Shown here: positions 1 through 9,862 of the stretch, one piece after another
Numbering within the stretch: position 1 is the first letter of the stretch
Layout: each line of letters starts with the position of its first letter
NCBI GenBank assembly: GCA_963580875.1
Contig: CAUZMC010000004.1
Span: forward strand, 1-61,432
DNA: 61,432 bases
Reading direction: 5' to 3'
Source of the DNA: Dehalococcoidia bacterium
Lineage (GTDB): Bacteria > Chloroflexota > Dehalococcoidia > Lucifugimonadales > UBA2985
Program-made: the position numbers and the translations under genes
The notes under the pieces: generated by a model
Told to the model about the DNA's origin: nothing
The model's input: only the letters and a program-made list of their open reading frames with translations
Databases searched by the model: none

Positions 1-42
1 TGCTACGTATAAACTTACCATAGCGGAAAACAGTTGAGATAG

Positions 43-83
43 CACAACCGCCCTAAGCTATTCAGAATGCTAGGACGGTTGTG
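43..83 (-). terminator. imperfect hairpin downstream of acpP (possible intrinsic terminator)
   Basis: Arms cacaaccgccctaagc (43-58) and gctaggacggttgtg (69-83) pair with one mismatch and one bulge. The U-tract on the minus strand is weak and displaced. Confidence 0.3.
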
Positions 84-106
84 TTGAATGTTACATACCG
101 AGAGTA

Positions 107-367
107 TTAGCTGTCCTTGACACCCTTGCCTGTGAGATATGTAATGGCATCCTGTACCTTCAATAGGGTCTCAGCGTCCTCGTCGGAAATCTCTATTGGG
201 TTGTTGTCGGTGCTGAACTCGTCTTGAAAGGCCAAAATTAGGTCCACTAAGTCCAGAGAGTCGGCATTTAAGTTTTCGGTAAAGGACGCCTCTGGTAACA
301 CTGTAGACTCTTCTACTCCAAGTCTCTCTGCTACAATCTTTTGTACGCGCTCTAGAACTGTTGCCAC
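107..367 (-). CDS. acpP: acyl carrier protein
   Basis: 86-aa acidic ORF with the phosphopantetheine attachment motif ([12 protein letters not shown]). Lies next to fabD. Confidence 0.93.
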   Translation of the reverse strand: MATVLERVQKIVAERLGVEESTVLPEASFTENLNADSLDLVDLILAFQDEFSTDNNPIEISDEDAETLLKVQDAITYLTGKGVKDS

Positions 368-402
368 ACGAAACCTCCTGTTATTTTTGATATATCTATT
401 TA

Positions 403-855
403 TTACGAAACCGAAAGTTTTTCTGTTTCAATCACGGAACCTAAGACTCCATTGATGAATTTGAACGAATTATCGCTGCCGTAGAGCTTGGCCAACTCCA
501 CAGTCTCATTGATGACCACCTTGGGCGGGGACATTTTCTCTATTGTCAGCTCGTATATGGCCACTCTCAGTAGGTTACGGTCTACTATCGGTAGTTGAGA
601 TATTGGCCAAGATGGAGCGAATGTGGAGATTGTCCGGTCAACTGTAGACGTGTTGGCCAGCACACCGTCTACCAAGCCGCGTGCAAAGGCAATTGCCTCT
701 TTGGAAAGCCGCCCTCTCCTAAAATAACGACCACTTACCTGGTCTGATGTGTGATTTACGCTGTCTACCTCATATAAGACCTGTAAAGCCACGGTCCTTG
801 CCTTGCGTCTACCAACAGCGAAGTTATCGTCAACCATCTCCTTGTCAACTCCCAT
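403..855 (-). CDS. nusB: transcription antitermination factor NusB
   Basis: 150-aa ORF with the [17 protein letters not shown]-terminal signature and NusB-like C-terminal helices (FINGVLG). Confidence 0.88.
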   Translation of the reverse strand: MGVDKEMVDDNFAVGRRKARTVALQVLYEVDSVNHTSDQVSGRYFRRGRLSKEAIAFARGLVDGVLANTSTVDRTISTFAPSWPISQLPIVDRNLLRVAIYELTIEKMSPPKVVINETVELAKLYGSDNSFKFINGVLGSVIETEKLSVS

Positions 856-919
856 CTGAAACTATTCTTTTGTTAAAGGGCTTTCTCTCCAGATATCGCC
901 TAGAGATCGATCGATGTTT

Positions 920-1885
920 CTAAACGGTCAGGAGTTGAATGCTCTCCTGGTCGTAGATGTTGGTTATTTCTGCATCTGTATTGATGCGCTTGATCATGCC
1001 ATTTAGCACTTTGCCAGGCCCTATTTCGTAGAAAGTTGTTATACCTGCCTGGGTCATGTATTGCACTGAGTCTTTCCACCTTACGCAGGTACAGAGTCCG
1101 GATATCAGCTCCTGTTTGATCTCCTCTGCGGTGTTCAAGGGTAGACTAGTGCAGTTGGCTACGATTGGAACTGAGGGGTCGCTGAAGGTTAGGGAGTTTA
1201 CAATCTTAGCGAGTCCTTCCTGGGCAGGCTCCATGAGCCTGGAGTGGAAGGCCCCGGCTACTGCAAGTGCAACTGTTCTTCTGGCTCCCCTAGCATTGGC
1301 CAGTTCCATTGCTTTTTCTACGGCACTTTTTTCTCCACTTATGACCGTCTGGTCAGGGGTGTTCGTATTTGATATCTCTGTGTTGGTTTCCCGGCAGATT
1401 TTTTCTAGGTCTGCGTCTTCCATGCCCATTATTGCTGCCATGCTGCCTTCTCTTAGATCGGCAGCGTACTGCATCAGCCTACCCCGTTCTCTCACTAGAC
1501 GTACAGCATCAGTTATGCTCAGAACATCGGCAGCCACTAAGGCGGTATACTCTCCTAGGCTATGCCCTGCCATCAGGTCTGCTTTGGGCATTCGATCTTG
1601 TCCAAGCGCCTCTTCCATGGCTTTGAGACATGCCAGACTAACCGTTAGTATGCTGGGTTGAGCATTGATAGTTTTCCTCAACTCATCCTCTGACCCTTCG
1701 AAAAAGATTCGGGAAAGGGACAATCCCAGAGCTTCGTCCACCTGGTCAAAGACAGCCTTTGCCGCGGGGGAGTTTTGATAAAGATCTAGACCCATGCCCA
1801 CAGCCTGGGAGCCTTGTCCTGGAAACAGGAATGCAATTCTGGAAGGCGCGGAGGTTGAATTAACGGAATTGAAAACAGTGCTCAA
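920..1885 (-). CDS. fabD: malonyl-CoA:ACP transacylase
   Basis: 321 aa with FLFPGQGSQ and GHSLGEY active-site motifs. Confidence 0.95.
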   Translation of the reverse strand: MSTVFNSVNSTSAPSRIAFLFPGQGSQAVGMGLDLYQNSPAAKAVFDQVDEALGLSLSRIFFEGSEDELRKTINAQPSILTVSLACLKAMEEALGQDRMPKADLMAGHSLGEYTALVAADVLSITDAVRLVRERGRLMQYAADLREGSMAAIMGMEDADLEKICRETNTEISNTNTPDQTVISGEKSAVEKAMELANARGARRTVALAVAGAFHSRLMEPAQEGLAKIVNSLTFSDPSVPIVANCTSLPLNTAEEIKQELISGLCTCVRWKDSVQYMTQAGITTFYEIGPGKVLNGMIKRINTDAEITNIYDQESIQLLTV

Positions 1886-1946
1886 TATAGGCTCCTGAAT
1901 CGTTTACGATGATAGTTCTGTCAATGACAGGTGTACGATGGGAGAA

Positions 1947-2153
1947 TTAATTGTCGCTTGCCTGATTCCCCGGTGTTTCCTGGGCTATCACTTCACGGCC
2001 ATTGTAGTATCCACAAACTGTGCATACTCTATGTGGCCTTCTTGTGCTATGACAGTGAGGGCATGTGCCTAGTTGAGGAACCTGTAGCTGATATGCACTC
2101 TGTCGATTGCCTATCCGTGCTCTTGTTCGTTTTTTCTTCGGTAGTGCTCCCAT
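1947..2153 (-). CDS. rpmF: 50S ribosomal protein L32 (zinc-ribbon form)
   Basis: MGALPKKKRTRARIGNR... with CPHC...CTVC. Internal ATG at 2153 has GGAG about 10 nt upstream. The track ORF start at 2213 would overlap yceD. Confidence 0.9.
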   Translation of the reverse strand: MGALPKKKRTRARIGNRQSAYQLQVPQLGTCPHCHSTRRPHRVCTVCGYYNGREVIAQETPGNQASDN

Positions 2154-2167
2154 AGGATTTTCTCCAA

Positions 2168-2704
2168 TTATTCTTTTGTATTGGTTACGAGGAAGTCTAG
2201 CAATGGACTCCATCTGGAATCTGTGTGTGTAGTGCAGTCACAGTGGCTGTCGTTGAGGTTTGTTCCGCAGGTGGAACACAGGCCTGCACAGTTACTGTTG
2301 CACAGGGGGTTCATAGGAAGATTTACAATTGCGTATTGCCTAACCGCTTCGGTGAGGTCGAGCGTGTGGTCGACCTCCAGAGCGAAAGTGCCCTCTCCTG
2401 TCTCGTCTATCACATTGTCGCTGACTGGAGCGCCGCTGTAGATATCCATTGTTGGTATGTACTCCTCATTTAAGCGGAAGTGCAATGAGTACTCGGATAT
2501 GTTTAGGCAGCGAGCGCAAGTGCCGAAGGCGTTTGTCTCTATGGGTCCACTTGCCCAAACAGCATTGTCCATGTGAGTGAGGGTGATCTCCCCATTAGCC
2601 CGTGTAGTGCCAGTCTCTGGTAAAGGCTCAAAGGTCACATCCAGAGAATAGTTTCTACGTGCTCCCACACCTTCCTGCAACAGTTGGGCTACATTAAACC
2701 GCAT
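2168..2704 (-). CDS. yceD: YceD/DUF177 family protein
   Basis: 178 aa, Cys-rich C-terminus (CxxxCxGLCxxCGxNLN), in the conserved position immediately upstream of rpmF. Confidence 0.85.
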   Translation of the reverse strand: MRFNVAQLLQEGVGARRNYSLDVTFEPLPETGTTRANGEITLTHMDNAVWASGPIETNAFGTCARCLNISEYSLHFRLNEEYIPTMDIYSGAPVSDNVIDETGEGTFALEVDHTLDLTEAVRQYAIVNLPMNPLCNSNCAGLCSTCGTNLNDSHCDCTTHTDSRWSPLLDFLVTNTKE

Positions 2705-3131
2705 ATCATCTCCCGAGCTAAATACCCGATCTCAACAGGGAAGAATTATATGTGCAGGCTACTTTAGTGTCAAGGATAATGAGTTTGTATCCTAAAAATT
2801 CCACACACTATTGCTAGTTAATAGACCAAAGAAACTGGCCAGACCCATGCTCATTACTAGACAGTTAAATATGGCTGTAAGCTGTAAATAGAGTTATCAC
2901 GTGTGGTTTAGTGCTGTGCATCGATAGTGAGCCTGATTGTCACTGTGGTTTCTTTCCCAACTTGGATGTTCAGAGTTATGGTATCTTTACATTTCTCTGC
3001 AACCTTTCGGTTTGAGCAAAGCCACATACCTGAGCACGCATACTCTGTTTTTGTGTTGCATTCGACATTGTGTGGGACTTTTCTTGGTGTCAAGAAGGGG
3101 CTATGATGTCATCATCACTGGAGGGGGTGTG

Positions 3132-3536
3132 ATGCCTGAGCGATACCAGCGCGAGATAGAGGAAATCCTCCAAGATGTAGGAGAATCAACTCCTATTAAG
3201 GAGCCTGTGAAATCCAACAGAAGTTCTCTTTTATCTCCATTTGCAAGCTTTGGCAGGAGTATTGACAACCGCGTTTACCTGAGTGCTAGACGTTTCATGG
3301 CAATTGGCATTGTCCTTCTATTGTCCGCGCTTTTCGTCAGTGTTGTAGACGCTGGATTCTTGGGTCCATTTATTTGGTTGGGACTTATCATGTTCATCCT
3401 GATGTATGCTCTCTTTTTTGCATGGCCCAATCAAGGGCCCGAAAAGCGTTGGAGGGGAAGATTAATTGAACAGAAACCTCCAAGTTTGAGAGGCGAGGGC
3501 TTGTTGGTAAAGTTGCGGAGTTGGATAAAAGGCTAA
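3132..3536 (+). CDS. hypothetical membrane protein
   Basis: ATG at 3132 is preceded by GGAGGGGG. Two hydrophobic helices (IGIVLLLSALFVSVV, IWLGLIMFILMYALFFA). No family recognised. Confidence 0.5.
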   Translation: MPERYQREIEEILQDVGESTPIKEPVKSNRSSLLSPFASFGRSIDNRVYLSARRFMAIGIVLLLSALFVSVVDAGFLGPFIWLGLIMFILMYALFFAWPNQGPEKRWRGRLIEQKPPSLRGEGLLVKLRSWIKG

Positions 3537-3902
3537 TTCGTCTGTACTTTTGATATGTGTAAACAGCCAAACGTACGTCTCCCGCTGGATTTGCTGGACC
3601 GCTCCAGTGCTTTTGATAGACTGTGGGCCCTGTGAAACACTTGTTATGCAACCGTCATCTAGATTCCTACTGCCACCATAGTTCCTTTGCTCTCGTCAAT
3701 ACTGATGGGCTCGGACGCCGATCCGTGAGGTTTCTTCCAGTCTATACAGGATGAGCAATCAGGGTGCATGGGACGAGATATAATAGTCCTTGTTTAGGAA
3801 GCACCTGGTTTATGAGTAACAGTTGCATTTTTCCTTGCTACACTATTTTAGCTTTGCTATACTGGTTGTTACTGTGCTAGAGGTTGAGGAAGTTTTTAGG
3901 TT

Positions 3903-5405
3903 ATGGTGGAAGCAAAGAAATACGAGACTGTTATAGGGCTAGAGGTTCATGCACAACTCCTTACCAAGAGTAAGATGTTTTGTTCTTGCCCCGCCGACTA
4001 CATACAAGGATTTCCCAATACGGTTGTTTGCCCCGTTTGCCTTGCCATGCCTGGTGTTCTCCCGGTAATGAACCAGCGTGCTGTGGAGTATGTCATAATG
4101 ACTGGCCTTGCGCTGAACTCCATGATATCCGAGAACACACAGTTCCATCGCAAGAATTATCCCTATCCAGACCTCATGAAGGGATACCAGATATCTCAAT
4201 ATGACGGGCCAATCGCTGTTGGAGGGTGGTTGAGCATAGATGTAAACGGAGAGCAGAAGAACATTGGAATAACCAGGGTGCATCTGGAGGAAGACGTCGC
4301 TAAACTTCAACATCTTCAGGATGCTCAGGGAGAGGGTTACAGTCTTGTGGATGTGAACCGCGCAGGAATAGCGCTTATGGAGACTGTGAGTGAACCAGAC
4401 ATGCGCTCTCCAGAGGAAGCCAGGCAATACCTTATGAATCTGAGGGCCATTTTTCAGTATCTTGGTGTTTCCACAGGTAACATGGAGGATGGTAGCTTCC
4501 GATGTGATGCCAACATCAGTATACGGCCCGTTGGTAGTACGGAATACTTTACGAGGGCTGAAGTAAAGAATATGAACAGCTTTCGTGCTGTCTACCGGGC
4601 CCTTGAGTATGAGGCGGAGAGGCAAATTAAGGTTGTTGAGGATGGGGGCAGAGTGGTGCAGGAGACACGTGGCTGGGTTGAGGAACGTGGAGTTACGGTC
4701 TCGCAACGTACCAAAGAGTTCGCTCACGACTACCGCTACTTTCCTGAGCCTGACCTGCCTCCCCTATCAATAAGCAGGGCGTGGGTGGATGAGGTCAGGG
4801 AGCGTTTGCCAGAGCTACCAGGGTCGAGACGTGATAGATTTGTTAGTCAGTACGGTCTTCCACTGTACGACGCCAGCCAACTCACCGCCTCCAAGGTTAC
4901 TGCGGACTTTTTTGAAAATGGACTCAATGTCAGTGAAATTGAATCCAATGGGGTGGCTGCTAAAGCCAAGGCGATCGCCAACTGGATGCTGGGTGATATG
5001 ACCGGCCTTTTAAATGCCTCAGGTGTAGAACTTGAGGACTCAAAGATTACTCCGCAAAGCTTGATTGAGTTCACGAATCTGATTGAAGCGGGGATAATTA
5101 ACGGGCCAGCGGCCAAAACGGTATTTGAAGAAATGTTTAAGTCTGGAAAGGGAGCTATGATAATAGCCGAGGAGCAGGGCCTAACACAGATAAGCGACTC
5201 TGGTCTTTTGGCCGTGGCTGTGGCAGGAGTTATTCATGATAACCCACAAGCGGTCCAAGATTTCCTTGGAGGCAAGGAAACAGCCATTAAATTTCTGGTG
5301 GGGCAGGTCATGAGAGAGACTAGGGGCAGGGCCAATCCTGCAATGATAAATAAAATTCTTCTGGAAAATCTTGATACAGTGGTATATATGAAGGAAAGTG
5401 AATAA
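3903..5405 (+). CDS. gatB: Asp-tRNA(Asn)/Glu-tRNA(Gln) amidotransferase subunit B
   Basis: 500 aa with typical GatB motifs (IGLEVHAQL, CPVCLAMPGVLPV, EEDVAKL, C-terminal YqeY-like tail). Confidence 0.95.
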   Translation: MVEAKKYETVIGLEVHAQLLTKSKMFCSCPADYIQGFPNTVVCPVCLAMPGVLPVMNQRAVEYVIMTGLALNSMISENTQFHRKNYPYPDLMKGYQISQYDGPIAVGGWLSIDVNGEQKNIGITRVHLEEDVAKLQHLQDAQGEGYSLVDVNRAGIALMETVSEPDMRSPEEARQYLMNLRAIFQYLGVSTGNMEDGSFRCDANISIRPVGSTEYFTRAEVKNMNSFRAVYRALEYEAERQIKVVEDGGRVVQETRGWVEERGVTVSQRTKEFAHDYRYFPEPDLPPLSISRAWVDEVRERLPELPGSRRDRFVSQYGLPLYDASQLTASKVTADFFENGLNVSEIESNGVAAKAKAIANWMLGDMTGLLNASGVELEDSKITPQSLIEFTNLIEAGIINGPAAKTVFEEMFKSGKGAMIIAEEQGLTQISDSGLLAVAVAGVIHDNPQAVQDFLGGKETAIKFLVGQVMRETRGRANPAMINKILLENLDTVVYMKESE

Positions 5406-5632
5406 TGGACTCATTTTTTCAGGCAGCTCAGATTTTGGTTTCCATTTTACTTATTGCCATCATCCTGATCCAGATTAGGGGTCAGGGATCTGGTTTCTTC
5501 GGTTCGGGTCAGGCCTCGTTCCGTACTAGGCGTGGCGTTGAGAAAAATCTGTTTCAGTTCACGATAGTACTGGCGATTGTATTCACGTTACTGGGCATAT
5601 TCAGTGCTATACAACCTTCCTGGTTGTTCTAA
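5405..5632 (+). CDS. secG: preprotein translocase subunit SecG
   Basis: 75 aa, two TM helices around a Gly-rich loop (IRGQGSGFFGSG). Confidence 0.85.
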   Translation: MDSFFQAAQILVSILLIAIILIQIRGQGSGFFGSGQASFRTRRGVEKNLFQFTIVLAIVFTLLGIFSAIQPSWLF

Positions 5633-5671
5633 CGTCCAATAGCATAGCGAGGGCATATTGAAGGTAATGCC

Positions 5672-6507
5672 TTGATAACCCTTACCACGGATTTTGGAAC
5701 CATTGACTCCTACGTTGCAGAGATGAAAGGTGTCATTTTGCAACTCAACCCAGCGGCTGTCATTGTGGATGTCTCTCACTGCATTGAGCCACAGGGCGTG
5801 GCTCAGGGGCCATTTGTGCTGGGTTCTGTGTATCATTCCTTCCCTAAGGATACTGTACACGTAGCCGTGGTTGACCCTGGGTGGGGACGTCACGTCTAGC
5901 CGTTCTACTGGTTACGCCAGATGGCCTATTTCTGGCTCCAGATAATGGACTTCTCACCTATGCGTTGAGAGATAGCCAGGAATACCGCTCTGTTACCAAG
6001 GGCGGGAAATTCCTGGAACGTATGGATGTACCGATACCAGCTGATTGCCTTGCTTACCGCCTGTCCAACCCAAATCTGTGGCGCTACCATATTAGTGATA
6101 CCTTCCATGGTCGTGATATATTCGCATCTGTGGCTGCGTACCTGTCCCTTGGTGCTGTGCCGGAGGAGGTGGGAGAGCCGGTGTGTTCCCTGGTGTGTCT
6201 GTGCATTCCTCATGTACAGCGGAATGGGGATACCCTCATGGGCTACGTTGTCCAGTTTGATGGTTTCGGTAACCTGATAACCAACATAGAAGGCAATTCA
6301 ATAGTTAAAAACAGTGTGGCAGTTATGATAAAAGGTAGTAGAATTCGAGGTGTGAGCCGTTCTTATGCGGAAAGCGACGGTTTGCTTGCGATTGTTGGAA
6401 GTCATGGCAACCTGGAGATTTCTGTAAAGGACGGCAGTGCAGCTCAGGAGTTGAACGCGGAGATAGGAGATGAGGTGGTTGTGGTGGAGTTTCTGTCAGA
6501 AGCCTGA
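5672..6507 (+). pseudogene. SAM hydroxide adenosyltransferase (DUF62, fluorinase/chlorinase-like) interrupted by a 1-nt frameshift
   Basis: ORF 5672-5899 (ITLTTDFGTIDSYVAEMKGVI...VVDPG) continues as ORF 5881-6507 (VGTSRLAVLLVTPDGLFLAPDNGLL). The conserved DPGVGT motif is split by one missing base at cctgg|gtgggg (5876-5884). Confidence 0.75.
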
Positions 6508-6513
6508 GGCTTT

Positions 6514-7902
6514 CTACAATCCCAGATTGCCTGGGTTCATAATGTTGTGTGGATCAAGGGCCACCTTGATGCTACGTAACATATCCATACCTGTCCCAAG
6601 TTCTCTTGGCATCAGATGTGCCAGCTTTACTCCTATCCCGTGTACGTATTCCATAGTGCCTCCCATGTCCTGAGCCAGAGTGACGATTTGATCTACAGCT
6701 GCGTCCAGATGAGCGCCTTCCAGTGTCACGTCAACCAGGATTACGGAAAACAATTCAGGTTGAGTCCACAGGGAATACTCTCTCACCTGTAGACCGCTAC
6801 GCGAGGCTATCTCCTGACAGCGACGTCTATACTCCAGCACTTGTGAGGCTGGAATGGCAACATGCGGGGAGGCCGTTGTCTTCGGCCAGTCTTGCGTGGG
6901 CCAATCTTTCATAGGTTTATCTATGTACTGTTCCTTGTGTCTGTACGCAGAATCGTGACGGGTGTCCCAGTATTGCTGGGTGGGAGTTGGGCCTATGTCC
7001 TTACCATTGTAAGTGCTGCAGACTGCCAATGTTCTTGCAATCTGTGCTTTGACCTCTTCTGCGTATCCCTCAAATACCAAGTACATCCATATTTTACACG
7101 AGATAGGGGGGTCAGGTTCTTCTGTCAGGTCTATTAGTGCTGGCTTTAGGCCAAGGGAGAACATTTCTAGCATGGCGTTGAACCCGTCCTCAAAACTTGG
7201 AAAGGCGATCGTATTGAACAGGCGTGACTCCGGCAGGAGGAAGACTCTGAGCGTGGCCTGGGTTATGATGCCAAAGACGCCTTCGGCTCCGATGAAAAGA
7301 GAGTGAAGGGATGGTCCAGCTGAGGTCTTTGGTATTGCTCTAGTCTGTACGATATCTCCATTTGGTAATACAACTTCCAGCCCAAGCACTTGGTCTCCCA
7401 TGGAACCGTACTTGGCTGCTCTGTATCCAACGCCATTGGTGGATATAGCGCCTCCCACGGTTGCTATGGGTACGCTGTACGGGTCGTGGCCCAACATCAG
7501 TCCTTCTTTGTTGAGTGCGGTGTTCAGGTCGCCAAGGACTGCGCCTGCTTCCACGGTGGTTGTTCTGTCCCGTGGATTCACATTCACGACTCCATTCATT
7601 TTCTTAAGGTCTACGGCTATGCCACCATGTAAGGGTGTGATGGCACCCATTATTCCTGTGCCTCCGCCGTATGGCACGAGAGGTATCCGTTCCGCGTAGG
7701 CCAGCTTGACTATCTGTGCTAATTCGATGGAAGAAGATGGTCGCACCACGACATACACTCGCTGTGGAGACGCGTCTGGTTTCCCACTCCCCCAGCGCCC
7801 AAAGGCATCCAGAGAGTATGCTGCAAGGGATGCCTCATCTAGTAATATGTCTTCAGACCCTACGATGCTTTTCAGGGTTTCTAAAGCTGAAAGGGCAATC
7901 AC
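6514..7902 (-). CDS. FAD-binding oxidoreductase (GlcD / FAD-linked oxidase family)
   Basis: 462 aa. N-terminal FAD-binding PCMH-type region (VVRPSSSIELAQIVKLA...PYGGGTG) and C-terminal FAD-oxidase domain (HGIG...LDPHNIMNPG). Confidence 0.85.
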   Translation of the reverse strand: MIALSALETLKSIVGSEDILLDEASLAAYSLDAFGRWGSGKPDASPQRVYVVVRPSSSIELAQIVKLAYAERIPLVPYGGGTGIMGAITPLHGGIAVDLKKMNGVVNVNPRDRTTTVEAGAVLGDLNTALNKEGLMLGHDPYSVPIATVGGAISTNGVGYRAAKYGSMGDQVLGLEVVLPNGDIVQTRAIPKTSAGPSLHSLFIGAEGVFGIITQATLRVFLLPESRLFNTIAFPSFEDGFNAMLEMFSLGLKPALIDLTEEPDPPISCKIWMYLVFEGYAEEVKAQIARTLAVCSTYNGKDIGPTPTQQYWDTRHDSAYRHKEQYIDKPMKDWPTQDWPKTTASPHVAIPASQVLEYRRRCQEIASRSGLQVREYSLWTQPELFSVILVDVTLEGAHLDAAVDQIVTLAQDMGGTMEYVHGIGVKLAHLMPRELGTGMDMLRSIKVALDPHNIMNPGNLGL

Positions 7903-7965
7903 TGTGTGTTCCTTTGTCGTGTGTTAGGCAGAATTATTATCTAGGCCTGGCACTAATTATGGGAG

Positions 7966-9348
7966 TCATTTCAGGCCACTGAATCTCCATTTGGTGCCAT
8001 CGGCGGAGTCCTCTAGAATCACGCCCAGCTCTTCCAGTTGAATGCGTATGGAGTCTCCAATCTGGAAGTTACGTTCTCCACGAAGCTTAGTGCGGGTTTC
8101 CACTAGAATGTCTATGAACTGGGAGGAGTCCTTGTGGGCTGAACTAGACTGTTCGTTCATGGACAGTCCAAGGATTGATGTCATCTCACGCAATGCCCGT
8201 TGTGCTCCACCTACGGCCGATCCAGTCTCTTTTTGACGATTAATTTCATGCGCTAGGTCAAACATGGCTGCTAGGGCTTGCGGTGTGTTTAAGTCGTCCT
8301 CCATGGATGCTATGAATCTGTTGTGATAGATTTCTACGTCTAGCTGACCTTCGTCGTCACAATCAGAGGTGCTTCTCAGCGCGTTGAGCAAACGTTCCAG
8401 AGCGCGTGATGCAGAAGATATTCCCTCTTCCGTATACATGAGAGGGCTTCTGTAGTGGGACGAAAAGAAGTACATGCGGAGCGTGTCAGCGCTATGGGCA
8501 TCAAGGGCATCACGGCAACTGATAAAGTTGCCAGTGTGACGTGTCATCTTTTCGCCGTTGTTATCGGGGAGCTGCAGGAGGCCGTTGTGTACCCAGAAGC
8601 GTACGAATGGCGAATCCCCTGTGTAGATCTCCGACTGTGCGATCTCGTTCTCATGGTGTGGGAAGATGACGTCTTGGCCGCCGCCATGAATATCTATCTG
8701 ATTCCCGAGAAGGCTCATGGACATCGCTGTACATTCTATGTGCCAGCCAGGACGTCCCGGGCCCCAGGGAGTTGCCCAAGCTGGCTCTCCATCTTTGGAT
8801 GATTTCCACAGGGCAAAGTCCATTGGGTCTTCCTTGCGTACGTCAATCTCTATACGGGAACCGGCTCTCATGTCCTCTATAGGACGCCTGGAGAGATGTC
8901 CATAATCCTTAAAATTACGCACTCTGAAGTAGACATCTCCATCCACTACGTAAGCGTTATTCTTTGCTATTAGGTCCTGGATAATCTCTATCATGTGGTC
9001 TATGTATTCTGTAGCTCTGGGGTAATCGTGTGCACGTTGCACTCCTAGTTCGTCTATCTCATTGAGGAATCGTTCGATATAGTGATTTGCCAGTTCGCCT
9101 ATGCTTGTCCCGTCCCTCTGCGCTACCTCAATAATGCGGTCTTCAATGTCAGTGAAGTTTTGGACTTGGTGAACCCGGTGGCCTTGGTACTCCAAGTAGC
9201 GGCGAAGTACGTCGAAGAATACGTACGACAGGGCATGGCCTATGTGGCAGGGGCCATACAGGTTGGGTCCACACACGTATATGGTGACATGGTCTGCTAG
9301 AGGTGTGAATTCCTGCTTCTCACCGGAAAGTGTGTCATATAGTTTCAT
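7966..9348 (-). CDS. cysS: cysteine--tRNA ligase
   Basis: 460 aa with HIGHA motif (CHIGHALSY), WGPGRPGWHIEC, and a KMSKS-region variant GEKMTRHTGNF. Confidence 0.95.
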   Translation of the reverse strand: MKLYDTLSGEKQEFTPLADHVTIYVCGPNLYGPCHIGHALSYVFFDVLRRYLEYQGHRVHQVQNFTDIEDRIIEVAQRDGTSIGELANHYIERFLNEIDELGVQRAHDYPRATEYIDHMIEIIQDLIAKNNAYVVDGDVYFRVRNFKDYGHLSRRPIEDMRAGSRIEIDVRKEDPMDFALWKSSKDGEPAWATPWGPGRPGWHIECTAMSMSLLGNQIDIHGGGQDVIFPHHENEIAQSEIYTGDSPFVRFWVHNGLLQLPDNNGEKMTRHTGNFISCRDALDAHSADTLRMYFFSSHYRSPLMYTEEGISSASRALERLLNALRSTSDCDDEGQLDVEIYHNRFIASMEDDLNTPQALAAMFDLAHEINRQKETGSAVGGAQRALREMTSILGLSMNEQSSSAHKDSSQFIDILVETRTKLRGERNFQIGDSIRIQLEELGVILEDSADGTKWRFSGLK

Positions 9349-9827
9349 GATTTGTCCTCTATAGTGGCAATTGCCATGGCTGCTATTCCATCACCTCGGC
9401 CGCTAAATCCCATACCATCGGAGGTCGTGCTTTTGACGTTCACCTGAGATTGGTGTAATCCCAGGGATTCGGCAATTACTTGGCGCATATTTTCTGCAAC
9501 CGGGGCTAATTTGGGATGCTCGGCGATTATTGTAGCATCGAGGTTTGTTACATGCCAGCCTTGTTGCTCCAGAAGTTTGGCGGTATGTTGCAGAAATCGT
9601 ATGCTGGAAGCACCACGGTACTGAGGGTCAGAGGAAGGGAAGTGTGTCCCTATATCGCCAAGGCCAGCGGCCCCCAGAATGGCATCCACCATCGCATGGA
9701 TCAGAGCGTCACCATCGCTATGTCCTGCCAATCCAGCTTGAAAGTCTATTTGGACGCCACCAAGCCATAGAGGGCGACCATTCTCTAGTCTATGGGCGTC
9801 ATATCCTATTCCTGTGCGGGTCGACAT
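9345..9827 (-). CDS. ispF: 2-C-methyl-D-erythritol 2,4-cyclodiphosphate synthase
   Basis: 160 aa, GIGYDAHRL...GHSDGDALIHA motifs. 4-nt overlap with cysS. Confidence 0.95.
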   Translation of the reverse strand: MSTRTGIGYDAHRLENGRPLWLGGVQIDFQAGLAGHSDGDALIHAMVDAILGAAGLGDIGTHFPSSDPQYRGASSIRFLQHTAKLLEQQGWHVTNLDATIIAEHPKLAPVAENMRQVIAESLGLHQSQVNVKSTTSDGMGFSGRGDGIAAMAIATIEDKS

Positions 9828-9862
9828 AATAAACTCCAGTGCAAAAGAATATCACAACCACT

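Noticed and set aside
1056-1661. Long antisense ORFs inside well-supported genes: 1056-1661 in fabD, 3939-4727 in gatB, 15200-15817 across rpsL, 18004-18483 across fusA/rpsJ, 24077-24634 opposite rplE, and 47306-47965 opposite dnaJ.
   Set aside because: Each lies fully opposite a gene with unmistakable family motifs. They have low-complexity or Cys/Arg/Ser-rich composition, lack RBS context, and have no recognisable family. They are typical shadow ORFs.
3537-3902. Possible structured ncRNA (SRP RNA, 6S, riboswitch) in the 366-nt region upstream of gatB. The regions 2705-3131 and 14695-15080 were also checked.
   Set aside because: No conserved motif of SRP RNA, tmRNA, 6S, T-box or common riboswitches was recognised by eye. 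This cannot be excluded without covariance-model searches (Rfam/Infernal).
8500-8560. CysRS KMSKS-loop variant (GEKMTRHTGNF) as a sign of an unusual or inactive synthetase.
   Set aside because: HIGH and all other CysRS motifs are intact. K-M-T-R-H keeps a basic residue at the second-Lys position, which is within normal class I variation.
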